Positions 35,861 through 46,175 of a DNA stretch of 64,000 nt are shown here, piece by piece. The stretch is from Mobula hypostoma (lineage: Eukaryota): positions 3,658,001 to 3,722,000 of the forward strand of contig NC_086097.1 of the NCBI RefSeq assembly GCF_963921235.1, read 5' to 3'. Every line of letters starts with the position of its first letter. The first letter of the stretch is position 1. Position numbers and translations under genes: made by a program. The notes under the pieces are model-generated. The model searched no databases. It had not been told where the DNA came from and was given only the letters and a program-made list of their open reading frames with translations.

Positions 35861-36721
35861 AGACCGAGCCTTTCACTGTACCTTTGTATATCTGGGTGCC
35901 ATGATAGCATCGTGGATAGTGTGATGCTGTTACAGCTCGGGGAATTCCAGAGTTCAGAGTTCAATTCCAGCACCATCCATAAGCAGTTTGTACTTTCTCC
36001 CCATGAATACATAGGTTTCCTCTGGGTGCTCCAGTTTCCTCCCACAGTCCAAAGACGTAACAGTTTGTAGGTTAATTGGCTATGTAAATTGTCCTGTGAT
36101 TAGGCTAGGGTTAAATCAGTGGGTTGCTGGGTAGTGAGGCTTGGTGGATGGGAGCGTCTGCTCCATGCTGTATCTCTAAAGAAATCAGTAAATGTGACAA
36201 TAAAAAATCTACTTACCAAAGTCTTGGTAAAATCAAAATAAATAAATAACTTCTAAAAAAGCACACACATCAATGAAAGACAGAATTTGGTCTATCAAAA
36301 CAACTTGATGGGTATTGAAGGATTCACAAAATGAACATATGGTTTATGATAATGTGAAAATACAGTTCCTCAAATATATATTACCGCCAAAGGGACCTTT
36401 TCACTTGATTTTCTATAATATAAGAATACATAAACCTTACATTCAGTAATATTGTTACTATAGTATTTAGAAGAAACACTGAGCAGGAAAGTGCCGGAAA
36501 AGGGCCAATGACATCATGAAGGATTCCAACCACTCTGCTCATGGACTGTTTGTTCCACTCCCATCAGAGAGGAGGCTACGTAGCATTAATGCCAGGACCA
36601 CTAGACTCTACAACAGTTACTTTTCCAAAGCAGTAAGGCTGATCAACACCCCCAACCTATTTGGATACACTAGGGTCCTTTAAGAGCCTCTTAGGTAGAT
36701 ACATAGAGCATAGAAAAATAG

Positions 36722-38703
36722 ACAATAGACAGTAGGTGCAGGAGTAGGCCATTCGGCCCTTTGAGCCAGCACCGCCATTCACTGTGATCATGGCTGATCA
36801 TCCACAATCAGTATCCAGTTCCTGCGTTATCCCCATAACTTTTGATTCCACTATCTTTAAGAGCTCTATCCGTCTCTTTCTTGAAAGCATCCAGAGACTT
36901 GGCCTCCACAGCCCTCTGGGGCAGAGCATTCCATATATCCACCACTCTCTGGGTGAAAAAGTTTTTCCTCAACTCTGTTCTAAATGGCCTACCCCTTATT
37001 CTTAAACTGTGGCCTCTGGTTCTGGACTTACCCATCAGCGGGAACATGCTTCCTGCCTCCAGTGTGTCCAATCCCTTAATAATCTTATATGTTTCAATCA
37101 GATCCCCTCTCATCCTTCTAAATTCCAGTGTATACAAGCCCAGTTGCTCCAATCTTTCAACATATGACAGTCCCGCCATCCTGGGAATTAACCTTGTGAA
37201 CCTACGCTGCACTCCCTCAATAGCAAGAATGTCCATCGTCAAATTTGGAGAGCAAAACTGCACACAATACTGCAGGTGTGGTCTCACCAGGGCCCTGTAC
37301 AGCTGCAGAAGGACCTCTTTGCTCCTATACTCAATTCCCCTTGTTATGAAGGCCAGCAGGCCATTAGCTTTCTTCATTGCCTGCTGTACTTGCATGCTTG
37401 CTTTCAGTGACTGATGTACAAGAACAGCTATATCTTGTTGTGCTTCCCCTTTTCCTAACTTGACTCCATTTAGATAATAATCTGCCTTCCTGTTCTTACC
37501 ACCAAAGTGGATAACCTCACATTTATCCACATTAAACTGCATCTGCCCACTCACCCAGCCTGTCCATGTCACCCTGCATTCTCATAACATCCTCCTCACA
37601 TTTCACACTGCCACCCAGCTTTGTGCCATCGGCAAATTTGCTAATGTTACTTTTATTTACCTCATCTAAATCATTAATATATATTGTAAACAGCTGCGGT
37701 CCCAGTACTGAACCCTACAGTACCCCACTGGTCACCACCTGCCATTCCGAAAGGGACCCGTTAATCGCTACTCTTTGTTTTCTGTCAGCCAGCTAATTTT
37801 CAATCCATGTCAGTACTCTGCTCCCAATACCATGTGCCCTAATTTTGCCTACTAATCTCCTATGTGGGACTTTATCAAAGGCTTTCTGAAAATCCATGTA
37901 CACTACATCCACTGGCTCTCCCTTGTCCATTTCCATCGTTACATCCTCAAAAATTCCAGAAGATTAGACAAGCATGATTTCCCCTTCATAAATCCATGCT
38001 GATTCGGACCGATCCTGTTACTGTTATCCAAATGTGTCGTAATTTCATCTTTTATAATTGACTCCAGCATCTTTCCCACTACTGACGTCAGACTAACCGG
38101 TCTATAATTCCCTGTTTTCTCTCTCCCTCCTTTCTTGAAAAATGGGACAACATTCGCCACCCTCCAATCCACAGGAACTGATCCTGAATCTATAGAACAT
38201 TGGAAATTGATTACCAATGCATCCACAATTTCTAAAGCCACCTCTTTAAGTACCCTGGAATGCAGACCATCAGGTCTTGGGGACTTATCAGCCTTCAGAC
38301 TCAACAGTCTATCCAACACCATTTCCTGCCTAATATAAATTTCCTTCAATTCATCCATTATCCTAGGTCCTTTAGCCACTATTATATCTAGGAGATTGTT
38401 TGTGTCTTCCCTAGTGAAGACAGATCCAAAGTACCTGTTCAACTCGTCTGCCATTTCCTTGTTCCCCATAATAAATTCACCCATTTCTGTCTTCAAGGGC
38501 CCAATTTTCGTCTTAACTATTTTTTTCCTTTTCACATACCCAAAGAAGCTTTTACTATCTTCCTTTATGTTCTTGGCTAGTTTACCTTTGTACCTCATTT
38601 TTTCTCCACGTATTGCCTTTTTAGTTATCTTCTGCTGCTCTTTAAAAGTTTCCCAATCCTCCGGCTTCCTACTCGTCTTTGATATGTTATACTTCTTCTC
38701 TTT
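36722..38703 (-). mobile_element. CR1 ORF2 3' half nested in another CR1 tail
   Basis: ORFs 37939-38598(-) and 36808-37572(-). Duplication AAAATAG at 36715-36721 and 38704-38710. Confidence 0.9.
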
Positions 38704-39313
38704 AAAATAGAGGGCTATGCAGTTTCTAGAGTAGGTTACATGGTCGGCACAACATTATGGGCTGAAGGGTCTGTAATGTGCTCTAGATGTCTGTGTTTTA
38801 TGTTCTATGTTCACCCACTAACCCACCCCACCACTCCCCCATCCAGCACAACTTCATCACTTCTTGTCAGGGTCACCTTATGTACAGACACTCCTGTGCC
38901 TAACGTCACTTTATAAAATTACATTTCATCTATGTATCTTATTTACTTATATTTATTGTGTTTTTATTATTGTGTTCGTTATCTTATTGTGTTTATTTTT
39001 GCACTGCATTAGATCCGGAGTAACAATTATTTAATTCTCCTTTAAACCTTGGCTGCCACAAGAGGACACAGGTTTAAGGTGCTTGGGAGTAGGTACAGAG
39101 GAGATGTCAGGGGTAAGTTTTTTACTCGGAGAGTGGTGAGTGCGTGGAAAGGGCTGCCGGAAACGGTGGTGGAGGCAGATACGATAGGGTCTTTTAGGAG
39201 ACTCCTGGATAGGTACATGGAGCTTAGAAAAATAGAGGGCTACGGGTAACCCTAGTAATTTCTAAGGTAGGGACATGTTCGGCACAATTTTGTGGCCCGA
39301 AGGACCTGTATTA

Positions 39314-39852
39314 TAGAAACATAGAAAATAGGTGCAGGAGTAGGCCATTCAGCCCTTCGAGCCTGCACCGCCATTTATTATGATCATGGCTGATCATCCA
39401 ACTCAGAACCCTGTACCAGCCTTCCCTCCATACCCCCGACCCCTGTAGCTACAAGGGCCATATCTAACTCCCTCTTAAACATAGCCAATGAACTGGCCTC
39501 AACAGTTTGCTGTGGCAGAGAATTCCACAGATTCACCACTCTCTGTGTGAAGAAGTTTTTCCTAATCTCGGTCCTAAAAGGCTTCCCCTCTATCCTCAAA
39601 CTGTGACCCCTTGTTCTGGACTTCCCCAACATCGGGAACAATCTTCCTGCATCTAGCCTGTCCAATCCCTTTAGGATCTTATACGTTTCAATCAGATCCC
39701 CCCTCAATCTTCTAAATTCCAACGAGTACAAGCCCAGTTCATCCAGTCTTTCTTCATATGAAAGTCCTGCCATCCCAGGAATCAATCTAGTGAACCTTCT
39801 TTGTACTCCCTCTATGGCAAAGATGTCTTTCCTCAGATTAGGGGACCAAAAC
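39314..39852 (-). mobile_element. Young CR1 3' fragment (same subfamily as 3798-6718) nested in the tail of another CR1 (about 39050-39880)
   Basis: ORF 39384-39908(-) is nearly identical to the 932-aa ORF2 C-terminus. The host tail resumes with TGCTGTAGGTTTTCTGTGTTTCTA. Confidence 0.9.
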
Positions 39853-40771
39853 TGCTGTAGGTTTTCTGTGTTTCTATAAACCTGTGTGCAGGAAATGACA
39901 TTAAACAATCTTAAACCCTGACTTTAAAATCTAGTTTTAAAATGAAATGTGTCATTGCAAATCTGTCAAAGACAAATCAATCAATGTCCATTCAGCTTTA
40001 AGTGACACAATTTCGCCGCGTCCCGCAGGACAGTTGCCGCAGAACTCTAAAATTCCATTCATTCCGAATATTCAATGCGACTTCTGGCGAGCAGCGTTGC
40101 TGATGATTTCCAACACCCTGGCAGCTTGAGATGTGTCGAGATTGAAATTGGTCCACAGCTGGACCCTATCCGCATGCTGAGATGACATGCGGAGTAATTT
40201 TTGCCTCTGCTGTCTCGGATTGACATGTTCACAGCTGTAAGTGATTTATCTCCGGCTTTCTCTCCATACAACTTCAAAGCGCAATTCTTCTGCCGAGGGA
40301 TGGGGGCGCTTTGGGGTGTGCCCTATTGTTAATTGTTCTTTTCACTTGGACATTGTTGCCGACAAGGAAGAGCAGGCGATGATAAAAGCCTCCAGTGGCC
40401 TCTCGGGCTGCCGTCAGCCGGCTCAACCAAAGGGTGACCTTAAAGAGAGTGGGATGCGTTTTGTCAATATGCGCAGTTGTAAACTGTTCTGCTGGGAATG
40501 CCGATTATTTGTGTGGTCTAATTTCCAATAATCATTCACAACATTTCTTAAAATAATATTCAATATTTAGTTATCTTATAACGAGAGATGCAAGGGATCT
40601 AGATGCCAGGTGGGAATAGGATCGCGTCCCATCACTCGCAGTACCGGGACAACATCTCACCAGTTCACATCGACAGCCGTCATCGATAGCTATTGCTTAT
40701 CTACCTATCTACCTGGTTTATATCTATCTATATCTATCTATTTCTCTATGTATTATTAATGTCGTATTTTT

Positions 40772-41005
40772 ATTTTTTCTCAGCTCAAGCTGGTAAAATC
40801 TGAGGTACGGGCATAGCCAAATACTGTACGCTCATTTCTGAGTTGCTAGGAACTTTCGGACTATTCTACTGGTACTTAGTGTTCTGGCTTTCTGGAGCTT
40901 CACGTAAATATTGCTAAGTACACCAAGTTGTTTAATGCTTTGGGACGATACCAGTTGTAGATATTATTGTTGGGACAATGTATACCCTGTTTGTCTTCCA
41001 TTGCT
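40772..41005 (-). mobile_element. Short R4/Dong-like 3' fragment
   Basis: CTCAGCTCAAGCTGGTAAAATCTGAGGTACGGGCATAGCC matches the other two copies. Followed by (TTA)n. Confidence 0.7.
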
Positions 41006-42179
41006 TTTTATTATTATTATTATTATTAACTTCTTTAGTTGCACAGTTTGTTGTCTTTTGCATATTGTTTGTTCGTCCTGTTGTGTGCGATTTTCAATAA
41101 AATTAATCTCAGGGTAGTATCTGATGACATATATGTACTTCCATAACAAATTTACTTTGAACTTTGAGGGTATGTCGGTGCGTGCCATTATTCTAACGCA
41201 GGCTGTCGAAAGGAAATTCAGAATTCAGGGCGTCAGTGGTTACGGGAGAAGGAGGGAGAATGGAGTTGAGAGGTATAATAGTCAGCCATCATGATGCAGG
41301 CTCGATGGGCTGAATGGCCTAATTCTGCTCTATTCTTATAGTCTTCTGGTCCTCTAGTTGCTGCCGGATAATTTCTAACTCACTCCTTGCCGCACGACAG
41401 CAATAAGCAAATTTGGTCAAACGGGTAGGCTTCGGAGCCTCAGTTAGGGAGGGGTGGGCACTGGGAGGAATCTCTTATCGCTCTTTCTCAGTTTTGATGA
41501 ATGGTCCCGCATCCAAAACGTCACAGATATTTTCGAGTTGCTCTTTCTTACCTATTTATTATGTTTTTGATTGATTAATATTGCGTTCTTTGCCTTACAG
41601 TGGATTTTTGTGCGGCATGGGATCCGGAGTAACAATTATTTTGTCCTCCTTCATGCTTGTGTACTGGAAGTGGCATTAAACTATCTTGCATCTTGAGATT
41701 TTTTTCAGTATTTCTGTTTTTTGTTTAGATTTCCAGTTCAGGCTTCATCTTTAATGAAATTTTAATTTGAGGAGCGAAAATCCCATCATGGAATTTAAGG
41801 ATTAGGGGTCTAGGCTACCAGTGATGGGTCCATCGAATCGAGAGTGCCCGGGAGGCCAGAGACACTCAGCCGCGGTCTGATTTGCATCTGTTCTAAATGA
41901 CGAGTACATTAAAATTCATCAACAACAGCCTTGCTTGATAAATCCACGTTTGTCTTGAACTTTTCCAACTGAGGTACTGAAATGCAAACCTAATTTGCGT
42001 TGAGAAATAAAGGAAGCCGTATTTTGAAAGCCATATGTCAGATGTATTATAGAGAAAGACTGGATATGTCCGGCTTCAACTTCTACAATTACCGAGAATC
42101 AGCGAGACTGACGACAATAATACATTTAAACTTGTTTCATGTTTCACTGCACACTTTCTAGGCGCTAAGTCGCGTATAT

Positions 42180-42620
42180 GTTCGAGGTACGTCACCGGCA
42201 CCAGCCTACCCACTATCAAGGATATATATACAGAAAGGTGCCAGGAACTTCATGAAGGATCCCACCCACCCGGCTCATGGACTGTTTGTCCCTCTCCCAT
42301 CAGGGAGGAGGCTACGTAGCATCCACGCCAAGACCAGCAGACTCAAAAACAGTTACTTTCCCCAAGCTGTAAGGCTGATCAACACCTCCACCCACTAACC
42401 CACCCCTCCACACCCCCCACCATCACTACTTTATCAATTCCTGTCAGTCACCTTATGCACAGACACTCCTTGCCCAGCGTCACTTTATGGACATACAATC
42501 AATCTGTGCATATAAGCTATTTATTATGTTTTTAATTATTGTGTTTTTGCGCTGCATCAGAAACGAAGAAACAATTATTTCATTCTGCTTTACAATTATG
42601 TACTGGAAAAAGGCAACCTT
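42180..42620 (+). mobile_element. Rex1/L2-type LINE 3' fragment
   Basis: GATCCCACCCACCC..CATGGACTGTTTGTCCC..AACAGTTACTTTCCCCAAGC. Homologous to 36490-36655 plus 38812-39040 and to 45747-46175(-). Confidence 0.7.
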
Positions 42621-43699
42621 GACGGGTGACATTTTTAAAGGTCTACTGATTAAATTGCGTCGAATTGGGTCGCGGGAAATTACATGTCTATGTCCTTCGG
42701 AAATCGTGAGGAACATATCCACGTCAGGAGCTTCAAGTTTAAATTTACCCTCAGGCCCAGTGTTAACACAATTTCCTTAGAGAACCCGCGCAAAATTCAG
42801 CCCAGGTGAGGGGCGGGTTGAGAAATGGGGGCCGAATATGCGCGAGTCTATGCCGGTGCCTATTTAGCCGCCGACCCGCTCAAAAGAAGTGCCACCTTGC
42901 AAGAGCGAGAGGTGGGAAGGACATGTTGAGCCCCATCCAGTTCATCGGGGAAAGGAGTAGAACAATTAGCATTTCACACGCTTTTCAAAAAAAAAAGACG
43001 GTCCGGCCCTACCTTCCCCACGGAGTTCATCGTTTCCAATAGATTGTCCTTTTTTAGCTGTTGCGTGCGTTGGCAGGGTGACAGTATTCGAGTGTGCAAA
43101 CTTGCGCTATTGTCCCCGGACGCTGCGAAGCCATGGCGACCCACTAATATGGCATAGGAAAATGTTTACTGATGGATATTCTATGGGCTTTGTCCAACTC
43201 TTTCTCTATCATGACGACTCGATTTAAGTCTCTAACTGTTTGACTACAAATGCAAGAGTGCTGTCCAACTCGATCCCATTGTCAGGGCGGTTTCAATGGG
43301 TAATTCACCCTTTGTGCGTTTCGATTGAGAACGCAAACATAAAGACAAGATTCTTGAGCGCTCAAGCCCCCTAACCATGGATATCTGCACATCTCTTCAG
43401 TTTTTTTCCCCTGCTACTTCTTCTGACATCAGCCCCCCAAAAAAAGCCTTAGCAGAACAGTTAGAAGTAGGCAAGCCAGACTAGCAAAGCCAGCATTGTG
43501 TTCTTGCACTCAAGCATGCCTATCGCAAGGCATCAGGCAGCTGAGGTTATTTGTCACTGAGGGGGGAAAATCCGCTGAGCGTTTGCATATGATCTGCACA
43601 TCATGTTTTAGAGGGAAGGGTGCTGAGGAAGGAGCGGAGACAGTGGGAAAATTGCACTGAAAAATTATTGTACTTCTTGGCTCGCTTTTTCTTTCCCTC

Positions 43700-43850
43700 T
43701 CCCTTGCGTTTCCATAACAACAATTTGTGATACAAAAGAATGTGGAACAAGCGAGCCCAGAGCCTGATTGGGATGTATTGTGTTCAGAAGGAGCCGCTGA
43801 TTGGTCTGGAAGTGCCTTAACTACAGGCAGTTTATATTCATTCAGCTAAC
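43700..43850 (+). promoter_or_regulatory. Putative FAM181A promoter
   Basis: X-box-like GTTTCCATAACAAC at 43708-43721. Two inverted CCAAT boxes (ATTGG at 43767 and 43800, 33 bp apart). Inr-like TCATTC at about 43838. CpG-enriched, repeat-free context. Confidence 0.55.
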
Positions 43851-43897
43851 TCTAGTGGGAAAATAGAAGGAAAATTGTTCTCTAGCGGGTCCCAAAG

Positions 43898-44505
43898 GTG
43901 AGCAGAAGCGTTTAAACAAGGATTGGGTTATTGATGGATAATACACAGGTAACATACATGTAACCAGCGCCGCGTGCGCTTGTGTAAATAATTAATGTAA
44001 GCCCTAAACCACAGATTCTCAACAGGGCTATACTGAAACGCAAAGAAAGTAAGATCGGAAAAAGCTTTACGCTAACACTAAATACTTCTTCCTTGATAAT
44101 AGTGCTTACCTGGATTGCTGGCAGAAGTAGACATCGGTGTAATGTGGTGGAATTTATTTTTACAATGAAGCTGTTATCAAATTAAATGTGTGGACGTATG
44201 TGTGCCGGCTAGGTATCAGTGCATTGGTCTCGCCAGTGTATACATCAGGCAATGGGGGACCATTCTAATAGTACGATTGAACAACATAAAATAGAGTAAC
44301 TCAGACAATGGGCTTTCAAAACACTCATGTGTGGTTGTGGACATGAGCGTTGACGTGCTTGGAACTTCCAGTGAACATAGCGATGTTGAGAGTAGCTGGT
44401 ATTCTTTGATGGAGGCTACTCGCCATTGACTGAAATACGTGACAACTCTGTGGTTGGTGATTAGAATTCAACAATGAGTGAAATTGTCTCTCCTCTGTCT
44501 TACAG
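43898..44505 (+). other. Putative 5'-UTR intron of FAM181A
   Basis: Donor AAG|GTGAGC at 43898. Polypyrimidine acceptor TCTCTCCTCTGTCTTACAG| ending at 44505, 94 nt before the ATG. Confidence 0.55.
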
Positions 44506-44599
44506 TGTTCGGTGGAGGTAGACAGGAGAGAGCCGACCCTCCTGAATCACGGATGGAGAGCTAGCCATAGGTGTGGATGTCCTGAAGTCTGGGATTAAC

Positions 44600-45463
44600 A
44601 TGGCATCTGCGGATAGCGAAGTGAAAACACTGTTGAACTTTGTCAATTTGGCTTCGAGCGATATCAAGGCGGCCTTGGACAAATCAGCCCCTTGTCGGCG
44701 GTCGGTCGACCACAGAAAATACTTACAGAAACAGCTGAAGCGTTTTTCACAGAAATACTCGCGGATTCCACGTTGTCACACCAACCGGCTTCTTGAAACC
44801 AGTCCGAAGGACGGGGCAGACGACAAGAGTCGGGCCTATATTCTACAGCACGCTGACGCTCACCTACACTTCCAACCTGCCGCCGACCAGGACTGCAGCG
44901 AAACCTTGCCGGGAACTATCACGGCGGCTGGGAAACAGCTAGGCAGACAAAACCAAGTGCCCATGAGGAAGCGGCAGCTCCCCGCGTCGTTCTGGGAGGA
45001 ACCGAGACCGTCCAAAAACACCCAGCCATTGAAACTGCTTCATGTGGAACAAGCGGTGGCCGCCGCTGAAGACCCGCCGGGCCAGGGATCTGAAAGCAAG
45101 CGAATCCAGGAACGCACCAACCCACCCAAACAATCCCCGACATTCCCAGCAATACAGCTGGACCGCGAGAGAGAGCCGGTGAAATTCCACTTCAGTTCCC
45201 TATCGCGCACAGTGAATGTCTGCGGTTGCTGTCCATTTCAGTACCATGGTCACCGGGTATATCAGGGCCAAGTGGGCTTTCCTCCTCCTGGCTTCCCCGG
45301 CATTGCCGTGTGGAGGAAAGGGAGGAACCCGTCAGCCGAGATCCCGGTTTACTCCAAAGACTCTTTAAGCGGACAAAAAATTCACAAACCTGTCGTTCTG
45401 AAGCCCATTCCCACGAAGCCAACTATCCCACCTCCCCTGTACAACGTCTATGGTTTCCTTTGA
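44600..45463 (+). CDS. FAM181A: Protein FAM181A (TEAD-interacting), 287 aa, single coding exon
   Basis: N-terminal FAM181 block SEVKTLLNFVNLASSDIKAALDKSAPCRRSVDHRKYLQKQLKRFSQKYSR; VPMRKRQLPASFWEEP motif; C-terminal PVVLKPIPTKP..PP.YNVYGFL. Strong Kozak AACATGG. The track's GTG start at 44573 is not the likely start. Confidence 0.95.
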   Translation: MASADSEVKTLLNFVNLASSDIKAALDKSAPCRRSVDHRKYLQKQLKRFSQKYSRIPRCHTNRLLETSPKDGADDKSRAYILQHADAHLHFQPAADQDCSETLPGTITAAGKQLGRQNQVPMRKRQLPASFWEEPRPSKNTQPLKLLHVEQAVAAAEDPPGQGSESKRIQERTNPPKQSPTFPAIQLDREREPVKFHFSSLSRTVNVCGCCPFQYHGHRVYQGQVGFPPPGFPGIAVWRKGRNPSAEIPVYSKDSLSGQKIHKPVVLKPIPTKPTIPPPLYNVYGFL

Positions 45464-45746
45464 TTGCTTGGAGTTGGGTGAACTTTCAGAATTCCAGCAG
45501 GGACACTTTGTGATGCTGGCAGTGCACGAAAGTTCACAACTGGTGCCCATTTCATGTAATCGTTAAGCAAGTAGAATTCTTGGGGGTGGGGGATATTGGG
45601 AGTGTGGGTGATCGTGTGTTTATATATAAATGCGTGTCTTTCTGTATATTTTTGTGTGTGCACGCGTGTGTATGACTGTGAGTTTGTTCTTGCTGGTGTG
45701 CGTGAGAACGAGCTTTCGTTTAGATCTACACGTTAGATCTACTTCT

Positions 45747-46175
45747 TCAAGATCGAAGATTGTTTAATGTAATTTCCAGTGCACAAGTGTAAAGGTAAAC
45801 GAAATCATAGTTACTCCGGATCCGATCCAGTACAAAAAAATTCAGTAAGATAATAATAATAATAATAATAATAAACACAATAAATATAAATACATAAGAC
45901 AGCTTATATCCATAGATTGATTGTATGTCTATAAAGTGACGCTAGGCACAGGAGTATCTGTACATAAGGTGACTGAAAGGAAATGATAAAGTAGTGGTGG
46001 TTGGGGATGTGGAGGGCTGGTTACTGGGTGGAGGTGTTGATCGGCCTTACTGCTTGGGGAAAGTAACTGTTTTTGTGTCTGGTGGTCCTGGTGTGGATGC
46101 TACGTAGCCTCCTCCCTGATGGGAGTGGGACAAACAGTCCATGAGCAGGGTGGGTGGGATCCTTCATGATGGTAC
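45747..46175 (-). mobile_element. Rex1/L2-type LINE 3' fragment just downstream of FAM181A
   Basis: Reverse complement of the 42180-42620 family. Confidence 0.7.

Noticed and set aside
44573..44599. GTG-initiated N-terminal extension of FAM181A
   Set aside because: Artefact of alternative-start ORF calling. Homology and Kozak context begin at ATG 44600.
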